DNA of 25,797 bases from Eledone cirrhosa (GCA_964016885.1 CAXHJY010000930.1:1-25797); one strand, 5' to 3'. Numbered from the stretch's first letter, positions 1-11,328 are shown. Program-made: numbers and translations. Notes: generated by a model from the sequence alone, not told the origin.

Positions 1-170
1 GCCTTGGGTGAATAGGCAAATAATTTTCCATTAAGAATTTTCAAAAGCATGTAATTGCGTTCCCTCTCTTTTTCGTTTTGTTTTTGCTGCTGTCGAGCCT
101 CGTTAAATAAATACGTTTGACTATATTTTTTTTATTGTGTATGCAAAAGTATCCTAACACGAATATATAA

Positions 171-221
<51 letters not shown>

Positions 222-352
222 AACAGATTAAAGTTTAAACGAAGAATCGCTGCTTTCACCCTTAACGGAATCTTCTGAAACTAAAAATATCAATCTGTGA
301 ACGCAGAAGTAAATATTTTGAAAAACGTTACACACTATATATATATATATAT

Positions 353-416
<64 letters not shown>

Positions 417-441
417 TATATACACATATACACACACACAC
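171..441. repeat. (TA)n and (CA)n microsatellites
   Basis: Two (TA)n runs (about 171-216 and 336-410) ending in (CA)n. Confidence 0.9.
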
Positions 442-556
442 AGATAGTGTCATAATGTAATAGAGACAGCCAGACATATAGACAGATATTATAAGGGCGC
501 GACGTTGTAGCTATGTATCTAGCTAAAAAGACAGACTAAGAAAGATAGAGAGAGAT

Positions 557-720
557 AACTAAATCGCCTAATGCAGTGCCTAGGGCATTGACAATTTGAA
601 ATATTTTTTGCTCAAAACACTCACACGACCATAAGTATTACATGTGTAAAGTTTGAAAAAAAAGTCGATTGGGTGGTTCTCGAGTTTTAGGAAGACAGAC
701 AGACAGACATTCTCTGTTTT

Positions 721-725
<5 letters not shown>
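557..725 (+). mobile_element. Non-autonomous Helitron/Helentron-like (Lep1/DINE-1-like) element remnant
   Basis: ACTA start with a short GC hairpin. It continues GTAAAGTTTGAAAAA..TCGATTGGGTGGTTCTCGAGTTTTAG, then an (ACAG)n tract and a TTCTCTGTTTTAGATATA end running into (TA)n. Layout recalled from Lep1/DINE-1-type elements; not database-checked. Confidence 0.4.
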
Positions 726-764
<39 letters not shown>

Positions 765-1042
765 AAAATTTTCGCTCTGCATGGCTGAATACAATAAATG
801 TAATCTGAGTTTTTCGAATATTAATAATAACATTCGATTCGTTTGCAATTACGCGAACAAGCCTCAATTTTATAGCCATGTCAGTAGAATGAACCCTTCA
901 TTCTTGCTCTTGTGTTGGCATGTGAACAGAACTGCGGACACTAATGTTTCTGGGTATCACCCTTCATCAGTACAGCTCGCTGTTCACCTGCCAAACTGTC
1001 AGAGCTAGTGAAAATATATGCTATTTTCAAAAATACACAGTG

Positions 1043-1150
1043 ACTGATCGGCCTGATTTGCATATTAGCAGACTGGCTGATCAGTCAGATCTGCATATTA
1101 GCAGATCCACTGATCAGCCAGATTTGCATATCAGCAGACTAGCCAGTCAG
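1043..1150. repeat. 33-bp tandem repeat, about 3.3 copies, carrying octamer motifs
   Basis: Units start at 1043, 1076 and 1109, consensus ACTGATCAGCCAGATTTGCATATTAGCAGACT. ATTTGCAT at 1056 and 1122, ATCTGCAT at 1089. Confidence 0.85.
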
Positions 1151-1530
1151 TTTCCTGTATACGAGCGATAAATGGCCGGCTTTGCCATATGGTTTTAAAT
1201 TGAGGTTTTTATTATTTAGAATCAGTTCCCACGTTTCAGAGATGGGTGGCTCAAGACCCATATTTGAGTTACAGACCCGATTCCAGCCCCAATCTTTACA
1301 CCATAATTGTCAATCAAAGCAAAACCAGAATGTCGTCTATGAAAAGTTCCTAACTAAGCCTAATCAAAAAAAAAACACTCAATGTCAAACTTCGTTTTGT
1401 TCTTCTTAATGTATATACTCTTCTATAACACTGAGTGCTAATATTGGTACCTTCCCCCATTAAAATACAAATCTACTGAATCAAGTAATATATACATATA
1501 TATATGTGTGTGTCTGTGTGTGTGTGGAAA

Positions 1531-1640
1531 GTTTTAATGTCGCAAAAACAGTCTACGTGTTTCAATGGCCTAGTTATATCATCCGATCATGACGTAACTA
1601 GGCGATTGAAATACGTATAGTATGTTTGCAACACTAAAAC
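1531..1640. repeat. Imperfect palindrome with 52-bp arms (MITE-like hairpin)
   Basis: 1531-1582 GTTTTAATGTCGCAAA..TTTCAATGGCCTAGTTATATCAT pairs with 1589-1640 ATGACGTAACTAGGCGATTGAAA..TTTGCAACACTAAAAC across a 6-nt spacer. Confidence 0.8.
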
Positions 1641-1734
1641 ATTAAAAAAGAATTTCCACTCAGGTCTACTTTTGTTCTTAAATAAATATTTAACACCTGC
1701 ATATGCGTACACACATACACACACACACACACAC

Positions 1735-2285
1735 CTTCTTCTTATTCGCCCACTCATTCATTAAAGGGTCGTGTGGGCTAGAATCCTCAAATGCACATTC
1801 CTGTGGGCCCTGTCAGAAGCAACCGTCTCCAGCTGAGACCAGCCAAACTCATGGATGTTATCCAACAATTTTCTCGGGGTCTACCCTTGGGTCTCCTGCC
1901 TGTTGGTTTTGCCCGTAAAATCTGTCCAGCAATTCTTTCCTGAGACATTCTATCCACTTGCCCATAGTATGGGAGCTATGATCTCTCAATTCAGAGAAGG
2001 AGTGGCTCTGACTTGAGTGACTCTCTGATCACCGTATTACACACTCTATCAAGTAATATTACGCCAAAAACCCTTCGGAGGAAACCCACTTCGACTGCTT
2101 GTATTCGCGATTCTTTCAGTCATTACGCATGATTCATGATCATGTGTAAAGGTTGGCATGAATACCGAATTGAAGATAGCGAGCTTGATTTTTACACCTA
2201 GCTCCCTTCTTCGTATTACCGAATGCTGAAGCTGGCGCATTACTGCACCAGTTCCTTCAGTCCTTGCATTTATTTCCGCCGCCTG
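1735..2285 (-). mobile_element. RTE-clade LINE, degenerate 3' fragment
   Basis: Minus-strand translation across frameshifts gives AEINART..AVMRQL..KIKLAIFNSVFMPTFTHDHESCVMT..IRESL..LLL.IERS..YGQVDRMSQERIA..KPTGRRPKGRPR. This is typical of the RTE ORF C-terminus. A (GAA)n-like tail lies at about 1735-1745. Confidence 0.85.
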
Positions 2286-2454
2286 CCATCAAGGGAATGA
2301 CATTCACATGTAGAGTGCACTGGGTAGGTTTGCTTGAGAGGACGAGTGTCTCAGCTTTTGCAACACTGATTTCCATACTCAGAATCAAACATATCAAGTG
2401 AAAGTCCGAGATCACCTTCTGTCGATATATATATACATATATATATATATATAT

Positions 2455-2587
2455 TGTTATAGTTGGGGAGGGTCATATTTGTGTAATATTGCCAGAATTA
2501 ATAACAGAACACACTCACTGTTTGGTTGGTTTTCGCTTCTCGCTTCTCGCTTCTATTACACAAATATGACCCTCCCCAAGTATAACA
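2455..2587. mobile_element. 133-bp MITE with 34-bp TIRs, TGT...ACA ends and ATAT target duplication (Ginger-like ends)
   Basis: TGTTATAGTTGGGGAGGGTCATATTTGTGTAATA (2455-2488) matches its reverse complement at 2554-2587 with one mismatch. ATAT flanks both sides (2451-2454, 2588-2591). Confidence 0.7.
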
Positions 2588-2631
2588 ATATTTGTTTCGA
2601 CACACGATTTCATATAAAAAACCTCGCAAAA

Positions 2632-2634
2632 CTA

Positions 2635-2670
<36 letters not shown>

Positions 2671-2671
2671 G

Positions 2672-2706
<35 letters not shown>

Positions 2707-2756
2707 CTCTCTCTCTCTCTCTTTCTCTCTGTCATCTTCCGATGACTTCGTTTCAT

Positions 2757-2791
<35 letters not shown>
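2632..2791. repeat. Compound (TA)n(CA)n(CT)n(TA)n microsatellite
   Basis: Direct reading. Confidence 0.9.
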
Positions 2792-2793
<2 letters not shown>

Positions 2794-4190
2794 CTTAGAT
2801 TATTTTAACCAATGTCTGCCTACTTCCTTTAAGATAGAGCTGACTTCTATTTTTACCAACTGTGAAACCAAAAATAATCTCTTTTCATAATCTCCTCTTC
2901 TCGTTGGTGGGAGGTTATACATCCTATACAAATCAATATAATCCAAGAAATATATATATTTTTAAAACGTCTATTACGTACGAGCTGTTATATCTTATTT
3001 ATTTAAACTTGTATTGGGGTCAACTTATCTTTAACTGTTCGTGATATTTCCATTTTCTTAGTATTTATACTCAGTGCTACCATTCTATGTATATAGAATA
3101 TTCGTGTGAATATTTGTTCTGCTGTGTATATAAATAATCTTTCCTTGCACAGCCCTGCCCAACAACTAAATACCATAAGCCTTATGTTGACGAAACACAC
3201 CACATATTATACAATAACCTAATTAAAAACAATTAAAATTAAAACCAACCCACTATACTGGAACGTATAAAATAACCATCATATGGCCACAATCGCCATC
3301 AGTCTCTGGTTTCTGGCAACCAGATAAATTCGTCCTACATACTTTATATTTATATTGCACTAAATACATAATTCTACCAACGTGAAAACCCTTTCTATTT
3401 GGAGCTTTTCGACGGGGATATTAGTCTATGCAATAACAGAGGCATGATATATTTTATTTTGCTTTATACAACCCTACAAACAACAAAATATAACAAATCA
3501 AAACTAGCTAAAATCACATCACACAAATTATCCAGCTAAATCACTTCGTATGTATGCATGCATAAATGTATATATATATGTGTGTGTGTGTGCGTGTGCG
3601 TGCGTGCGTGCGTGCGGGCGTGCGTGCGTGTCATGCATTTTATTTTATGCACTTGCGCGTTATTTTGTTCATGAGGTCACTTTCTGGGACATGGTGATAC
3701 CACGTATCAGAAGCTGGTATCAATATATTTTACACAATTACCAGTAAAGGTGCAAGCATACATTTATATGATTTCTTTTGTACTCTTTTTAGGCTAGCAT
3801 TTGCTCGTGCTTCCTATGTGGGTGACATTTTCTATACTAATTCTACATAGATCGCACTTCACGTTTCACCAATGTGATATATCCCATTAGTCATTGTCTT
3901 AGTACTCAAATCTTGCTCTTGGACTGATATCAAAATTACTTCAGTCTCCCTTTATAAATCACTGCAGGATAACTAATCGCATGATCTAGCATGTTTTGAA
4001 TCTACTGTCATCAATATTTTGGTCTTCTGGAATGCATAGTGTGTGTCATGATAATCTGGTTTCGCATGCCAGGATGCCGTCTGTGTACAAACTACTTTCA
4101 CTTCTTTTAACCACAAGAATGAAAATAACATGAAAGAAAGTTAAAAAAGTATCTGGCTCAAAAGTGTTTAAAATAAATCTTGAGAAACTA

Positions 4191-4252
4191 ATGATGACCT
4201 TTAACAATGCTAAACTAGCAGCCTTGGAAGAACATTTTCCGTGGTTCAGCAA
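4191..4252 (+). CDS. Candidate first coding exon of the RASEF-like host gene (MMTFNNAKLAALEEHFPWFS)
   Basis: ATG follows an in-frame TGA at 4131. It gives 20 codons plus AA, then a GTTAGT donor (phase 2). This joins in frame to the exon at 8173 (AA+C = Asn). Confidence 0.35.
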
Positions 4253-4609
4253 GTTAGTTTTACATGCAAGTGGTTCTCTATACAAAAACCTGGAATAGGA
4301 GGTCTATTCCACCCCATTCTTATGATATATGTACTCGTACTTTTAGAAACAACATATTGTATATTCTCTCCGCCCTCCACGTTATAACACCAACACAACG
4401 TTGGGTTAGTTTGATATGTAAGGGATATTGATTTTATTTTTCTCTTTTGACAATGTATCATATCTACATTAGATAGCATTCTAAGATAATTGATAGATGT
4501 GACATTGACATTATTATATTTCCTTATATCGACCTTACTGTTACTGCCATAGAATTTCCCCACATAAACACAATATAATCGAAGTTTTATAGAATTGTTG
4601 TTTTTTTCT

Positions 4610-4651
4610 GCCGATGCTGATGCCGATGCCGATGCTGATGCCGATGCAGAC
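4610..4651. repeat. (GCYGAT)6-7 hexamer tandem repeat
   Basis: GCCGAT GCTGAT GCCGAT GCCGAT GCTGAT GCCGAT GCAGAC. Confidence 0.85.
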
Positions 4652-5512
4652 GGGATCAAGCAGATCTACTATTAAAAAGGTTTTAGCCATTAGAATTATA
4701 TTTTAAAATATGTTATATAAAAATAAAATGTTCAGAATTACATGATTCAATGTGATTGTCTTCCTTTTGTAGAAGGCAAGATGTCTTTTGAAGTAGATTT
4801 GACAGCTATCTTTTTCTGTTCGAGCGACAGTGTTTATTTATTTTGAACAGAGCAGTGACGATTCTTGGGGTATAAATGAGTTGGTGTCTAGATTTAACCT
4901 TTCGTTAACCACAGAGGAAAGAGATGAAACTTTTCATAATAATTTTGTGTAAGAACTTTTGTTAACTTATCATCCAAACAATAGAAAGGTTACAGTGATT
5001 ATTTTAAAACGTATTTGAAAACCGTAGGCAGTGTTTTTCATTTAAAATATAGTAATGAAAGGATTAATGTATAAAGGATAATTAAGACAATTAAGGTGAC
5101 TAGAAGAAATAACTCCAGTATCAGTATTAAACTAAAAGTATATTGTGAAACTGAGCGTTACGATACAATTTGATAGCTGACTACTACAACTTTCTTAAAA
5201 CAACTGGCTTATTAAAATGATGTTTAAGATTGTTTTCTGAACACACGTTTAAGAAAATTATATAGTTGTATATAAAAGGCATGTTTGACGTGTCAGACAA
5301 GTTAGTAGTTTATTAATAGATTGTGTACCTGAGTCTGTATTTGTTTGAGTAGACTCTACTATAGACTATATGCTTAATACCTTACGGATATAATCTATAT
5401 TATAATGATTGTACTAGATTATTTTTGTCCGTCTGTCACAGAAACAAAAACATTCTAAATGCTTTAGGCGTTCTCTGCAAACGGTGTTCTGCTTCTCCCC
5501 ACCCCTCTCTCA

Positions 5513-5550
<38 letters not shown>

Positions 5551-7302
5551 AAAAGAGTCAGGGCCCCGACAGCTGAGCTCCAGCCGTTTCGACAGCTAGA
5601 TCCGAATATAAATATATATAAATATTATTTACTAGATACTTTTGTAATCCTATAGCGAATGCTTTATAATAATGTTTTGGTAACATAAAGCCCTTTTCTC
5701 TCTATATTTATGACCAATTTAATATTTAGTCTTACTATGTTGCATTTTGATTGATGTATTATATAAGCAGCTATTTAATTCAGTATATAGAAGAAAATAT
5801 TTTAAGTGTAATTTATTATAGTACAGTGTATAATTATTATAGTACAGTTAATTTAAGCCAATCTGGATTGTTAATGGTAACATGTAACCCAGTACAGCCG
5901 ACTATACCAACAACCCAACCAAGCTTTCTTGGAGAAGACGGTGATTTTAGGACACGCTGCAGGATGAAAAACAACCCTGAAAAGGAACGAAGAACTCAAG
6001 AGAGTCATTGGCCATCGAGAAAGAAAAACATTCCAAAGTTGATGGGACTCATCTTGGTGTCAACCTTTCCACTGGCCTCGATATCTTCCTTGTGATGAAG
6101 GCAGATTAGATACGCCTCAGTAGCCAGTTTCTAAGTAATGATTGGAGAAGGATTCGAGATCAACCGACGTCACTTTCTCCGGTGAGAATCATGGAATAGA
6201 TCATCATATAGATGAGCATTGCTGCATTCGTCCTTGATCCCGGAGACCTGACAGTATATTGTTGTCTATATCCATATTTTCTCCTTTAGTTCTGTTTTAA
6301 TTATTTAATATAAATCTCCTGTAATAATCTTCATACATTTTCCTTCATTTGTGTATGTTTTATCTGAGTATTTTTAACTATGCGTTTGGTCTAATGCTCT
6401 TATCTCTGTTTCTTTATTTAAAATGATATATGTGTTCTTGGTTTTATTCTTTTCAAGGATACCTTGGAACATTTTACTTATCTAAATCTCATATCAGGTA
6501 TCTCTATAAATCCGCCTACTATCTGCAGAAGTTATTATCATTATAATGTGGGTGGTGAAAGAGCAACCATCGCATTACATAGTGTTTAAGGAGGTTCGAC
6601 CAACGATTCTGAGCATGGATGAGAACAGTATGGGTAGTCTATTCTGGATGACTTTTAGGACACAGGAATGAAGTATTTCCAAACGTCCGTGACTTGGCAT
6701 CACTACGGGGAGATGTTGCAATTTTAAGATAATCATTACAAGTACGGCCGTAGTTGAGCCGCCAGTAACCTACACAATATACGAACAGAGTGATGTATCT
6801 GTTCAGCACTTATTAAATGCCCGTTCATTGTCGACTTGTGGGCTTATGTCAAGCAACTTATATTTATATGCGTGATCGATCCGGCTACCAGCCAAGTCTA
6901 TTATGAAGATTGATCCACTGATTTGTTTTTGGCAATGAAGAGTCAGTAGACTTTCTCTGCATGGTGGCTATTGCGAAAAACATTGTATGATGAATGTATT
7001 TGAAAGCTTGAGAATAGAGCAGTTCCTCACAGACCATTCCCTCATGAATTTTTAAAATGTCATTTAAAGAGAAGCGTGGGGTGAGAGAGAGGAAAGTAAG
7101 AATGTGGAGAAATCGATGTGATTCTTGGCCCTACCCTAAAGATTCACAACAAAAACTGAGACAAGACGTTATTGTTTGCTGTCAAGGCAATAAGGAGTTG
7201 TCTGCTGTACCCTAAATCATTCTATGTAGTTGTTCCTCATCAATTTGAGATTCTTTTCTTGCTATACTGATTTCCTTCCTTTTTATCGATTCATAAATGG
7301 TG

Positions 7303-7528
7303 AACGCACATGATGTATTGGTTAGGATGTGTGGCTCACGATCCCATGAATGTGAGTTTGGTCCCTGTTGGGGCATTGCGTTTTTGATTAAGACACTTTA
7401 TTTTACATTGCTCCAGGCCACACAGCTTCAAAAATGAGTTCGATCTGTAATTCAATGAGCTAGCCTTGTCACATACTGAGTCACATAGTCTTTGGCACTT
7501 CGGTGTAATGGTAGAACGCGGTTGATCG

Positions 7529-7530
<2 letters not shown>
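7303..7530 (+). mobile_element. Degenerate tRNA-derived SINE
   Basis: A-box-like TGATGTATTGG and B-box-like GAGTTTGGTCC. These are followed by a CORE/Meta-like segment TTGATTAAGACACTTTATTTTACATTGCTCCAG..CACACAGCT..AAAATGAGT and a microsatellite tail. Confidence 0.6.
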
Positions 7531-7578
<48 letters not shown>

Positions 7579-7593
7579 ATATGGGTATATGTA

Positions 7594-7624
<31 letters not shown>

Positions 7625-8172
7625 ATTTTAGTGGCTAGAATTATTGCCTAGATGGAACAGTGCGTAGGTTACCGCTTTTCTATGCTATATTGAATCATTG
7701 AATTCTCGCTGCTTTCGCACAAAGGTTTCTTATTTCACTATATATATTATTGAAATAAACTTAACCAGAAGCTTCAACCTTCATAGAAGATACATACATA
7801 TCTACTAAACTTTTGTAACAAACAAATATATATTGACTTCTCATGAAATATCATGTATATTATAACATGTAAGGTTACCTTGCTAAGAACACTACATTGG
7901 CAATACAGGATTAACGTCCAACAATGAATGATAGTTTACCACCAGCAAATTAGGGATCCATTCACAAGGTTCCCCTTAGCCAACATATAGAGAAATGCAG
8001 AGGGCAAACTTTATCAAATTTCAATGTTTTCCCATTCTAACAATGTTGCCAGTCAACATCTGAAGAAAACACATTGACAAAGTAAAGTATTTTATAGAAA
8101 GATTTAACCGTAATATTTGTTCTCAGCCTTCATTACCGTAAGAGTTCACTAATCGGTTATTTTTGTTTACAG

Positions 8173-8322
8173 CCAAGACAAAGTGTGTGACCTGTACGGG
8201 ATATTGCATGGAACTGGAAATGCAGATGCAGTTGTGAAACTGGAAGCTGTTATCATCAATGTTATCAACGACATTAGAACATACAAAAGAGATGCTGAAA
8301 GACTTGAAAAATTATTCCAGAA
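8173..8322 (+). CDS. RASEF: Internal coding exon of a RASEF/Rab45 (CRACR2A family) large Rab GTPase, coiled-coil region
   Basis: Acceptor TTTTTGTTTACAG and donor AA|GTTAGT, 150 nt, phase 2/2. QDKVCDLYGILHGTGNADAVVKLEAVIINVINDIRTYKRDAERLEKLFQK resembles the RASEF segment after the EF-hands (EQVSTLYQ..YEHVIKNFIREIR..EMENLAIAVKR, recalled from memory). Confidence 0.75.
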
Positions 8323-8438
8323 GTTAGTAATGCTACTTATTGTTTTATTGTCGAACGTCGATACATTGCCTTACATGGGTAAGGTGCTTCACGTTCTGAG
8401 ATCAACTTTTATTTCTCTTCGGATTATATATGAATATA

Positions 8439-8590
<152 letters not shown>

Positions 8591-8689
8591 GTAATAATAA
8601 TAAATACGAAGACTAAATTCCAAAGAGGGCTCGATAGGGATAAATATATATCAAATATATAAGAACCCTATACATATTGTGAATGCTTC

Positions 8690-9690
8690 ATCTGTGCAGA
8701 TAATTGCCGCCTCCCTATGCACCCCAATAAACCATCACCAACTCCAAACGTCCGTCCATGGCCCCTTTTAAATCCAACATTAGATTTGCACGGTCTGCAG
8801 CAAATGTGACAGACAAAATATGTGCCCTCTATTAGATTGATTGGGCCAGTTTTGGGGTTATCATCCTTATGTACCCTCATTTGCCTTTTAAGACTAGAGA
8901 TTGATTTACAGATCTTTTTGCACACCGCACATGTTGTTTCATTGGAGGGATAGAGCTGCATATAGTTGGCTTTTTATGTGATTTTAAATGAGTGACGTAC
9001 CCAGATTTAGAGAGCAGTAAACGACCGCACACCTCACAAATCCAGCTCCCTATGTTCTTATTGAGGTTCATACTGTGGCCTTTTCGAAGTTGATGTTTAA
9101 GTTTTTCATGATCAGGACAACTCTCTTCAAACATTCTGCAGCCTTCCTTCACATGTCCTCTCCATTTACCTTTCTTAAAAGCAAGTTCTTCCCAGTTCTG
9201 AACTTCAAACTGTAGATCTTTAAGGCTGTTTTTTATGCAATATTTTTCTTTATTTGTGCTGAGGGCGTTTCCCAGTGTGCAATTGACTGTTAAACAGCTG
9301 TTTTGAGAGTATTTACTCATTCATGCGCACAGCATGGCCTACCCAACACATTTGAGAGGATATGATGGTAGATTCAATGCTCGTTCAACCAGCATCTATA
9401 AGGATTTGTGTGTCAGGTATTTTTGGTTGCCATTTGATGTTTAGGATTCGTCTTCAACACTTCTGATTAAAGTGTTCAAACAAATTAAGTGTCTACGATG
9501 TACTGTCCACGTTTCCGAAGAGTACAACAGAGCACTCAGAATGCACACCTTGAACACACTAAGCTTGGTCTTGACATTGATGCCATGATCCGCCTGCACT
9601 CTCTTTTCAAGTTTTCCGAAGGCTACAGAGGCCCTCTGAATGCGCAGGTGTATTTCTGCATCCAGTGAACCATTACTTGATAATGCACTA
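8690..9690 (-). mobile_element. RTE-clade LINE 3' fragment with three C-terminal C2H2-type zinc fingers (frameshifted)
   Basis: SALSSNGSLDAEIHLRIQRASVAFGKL..KTKLSVFKVCILSALLYSSETWT..IKWQ..WVGHAVRM..NWEELAFKKGKWRGHVKEG. Then CEVCGRLLLSKSGYVTHLKSH, CAVCKKICKSISSLKRQMRVH and CHICCRPCKSNVGF. Confidence 0.88.
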
Positions 9691-9921
9691 TCTATGCCGT
9701 TTGTAGACCAGATAGGAAAGCAGCGTGACGCAACACAGAAATACTCTATGAAAATGTTCTACTCAATGTAACAGAACAACAAGGCGGGCTTATGTCGATG
9801 CTAGAAATAAGAGCTAGAAAACCATCTAAATCAGCTCAAACAATGATGAAGCAATCAGTATTAATTTATAATTCTCTATATTAGAGACAGTTAACTTTCT
9901 AGAGTTATAAATTAATATTGA

Positions 9922-10228
9922 TCTAGATATTTCAGGTTTTTTGGTAGCTTAATAATGAGCTGGAGAGCCTTTGAACCCAAGCTATTGCTGCATCTGGCCT
10001 TACTCTAGATAGGCAGGATGGGACTTTTTGCACTGGCATCCTCTTCGAGGTTTTGTCAGCTCTCAATACCAAAGTTTAGTGCTAGTCGTCCAAGTATCAT
10101 CCATGTGTATATCTTACTTCTTCAACTCCTCCCAGTATCTCATCTTCTTCATTGAGGTAATTTCCTCGATGTAACTTCGCTGGATTTCATCGAGTTCGGC
10201 AGTTAGATGAAAACTATAGGGTGACCTC
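9922..10228 (-). mobile_element. CR1-like LINE 3' ORF fragment, same family as 12766-13352
   Basis: Minus strand reads SPYSFHLTAELDEIQRSYIEEITSMKKMRYWEELKK..IYTWMILGRLALNFGIES, then GCAATAGCTTGGGTTCAAAGG. It is collinear with the + strand copy. Confidence 0.75.
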
Positions 10229-10230
10229 CC

Positions 10231-10288
<58 letters not shown>

Positions 10289-10347
10289 TCACATACATAC
10301 ACTCATATAAATGTTCCCTAACGCTCCCCACATTTTTTCTGTTCCAG

Positions 10348-10438
10348 AGAGAAAGACAATTTTGCTGCACTCACAGACCAGTTGGAGGAGGAATTGGAAA
10401 TTCAGATGCAAAAAGTTGAAGAACGTGTTCGTTACGAT
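10348..10438 (+). CDS. RASEF: Next coding exon of the RASEF-like gene
   Basis: Acceptor TTTTTTCTGTTCCAG and donor GAT|GTAAGT, 91 nt, in frame with the previous exon (AA+A = Lys). EKDNFAALTDQLEEELEIQMQKVEERVRYD resembles RASEF [30 protein letters not shown] (recalled from memory). Confidence 0.8.
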
Positions 10439-10682
10439 GTAAGTCTTACTGACTAATTATAGAGCCACATACCACAGATTTTGTGTGTATGTATGTGTTC
10501 ATTTATATGTGTATATTTGCTTGTATATATACACATGTGCCTGTATGTTTGGACGTACTAATTTGCATATAATTAGCGTTAGTGTTGGAAACTAATTATG
10601 ATATATATTAAGAAGTACACTAGTAGCCACATTTATGATTGTACAAATACAGATTGTTTAACCGACACTGCACCAACATGTT

Positions 10683-10740
<58 letters not shown>

Positions 10741-10743
<3 letters not shown>

Positions 10744-11289
10744 GAAAATGAGTGAAATCCTTGGTACAGTTATGTATATTTGAAAAAAGGAAAAGAATGA
10801 ATTCTTGTGGTTCTAAACAATTTGATTTAATTTTATAATATTATAATATAAAATTAAATCAAATTGTTTAGAACTACAAGTGAAGTCATTCTTTTCGTTT
10901 TTTTTCAAAGAAATATATATATATATTTGGAAAAAAGGAAAAGAATGACTTCACTTGTAGTGTTAAAAATTTTTTTTTGTTTTAATTTTATAATTGTTTA
11001 TACATTTGGCACAAGGCCAGCAATTACTCAGTGTATTACTGGTACTTTATTTTATCGACCCCGAAAAGATGATTTGAACTCAGAATTGCAAGGACCGTAA
11101 ATCTATGCGTCAAAGCATGGCGTCCGACCCTCTACCGATACTGCCAATCCTCCGCCCTATATATTTTATTATATTATAATATAATATTAAAATTAAATTT
11201 TAAAAAAATGTTCAACACTACAAGTGAAGTCATTCTTTTCCTTTTTTTCAAATATATCTAACTGTACCAAGGGTCTCACACATTTTCCA

Positions 11290-11290
<1 letters not shown>
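10741..11290. mobile_element. TA-flanked MITE/foldback-like element with about 95-bp TIRs and an internal inverted duplication
   Basis: Left end GGAAAATGAGTGAAATCCTTGGTACAGTTATGTATATTTGAAAAAAGGAAAAGAATGA matches the reverse complement of about 11230-11288. Further partial arms lie at 10848-10909 (inverted) and 10926-10992 (direct). (TA)n is present on both flanks. Confidence 0.75.
10993..11157 (-). mobile_element. tRNA-derived SINE (octopus-type), internally deleted, nested in the MITE
   Basis: Minus strand has an A box (GGCGGAGGATTGGCAGTATCGGTAG) and a B box (GAGTTCAAATC). It continues with the core CTTTTCGGGGTCGATAAAATAAAGTACCAG and ends GCTGGCCTTGTGCCAAA. Confidence 0.8.

Positions 11291-11328
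<38 letters not shown>

Noticed and set aside
1043-1150. CRISPR-like array (also considered for 12060-12620)
   Set aside because: The units are contiguous with no unique spacers, there are no cas genes, and the DNA is eukaryotic.
1575-1620. Hammerhead reading of the 1531-1640 hairpin (GAAATACGTATA)
   Set aside because: There is no intact CUGANGA and no credible stem II.
4246-4659. 137-aa ORF with a poly(SA) N-terminus
   Set aside because: The SA run derives from a hexamer repeat, the start is not ATG, and the remainder has no recognisable domain.
5560-5605. Possible hammerhead half (minus strand GAAACGGCTG)
   Set aside because: No matching CUGANGA core or stem I was found nearby.
5751-6240. 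114-aa ORF and GC-richer island
   Set aside because: No recognisable motif or convincing splice sites. It is possibly an old repeat remnant but cannot be assigned.
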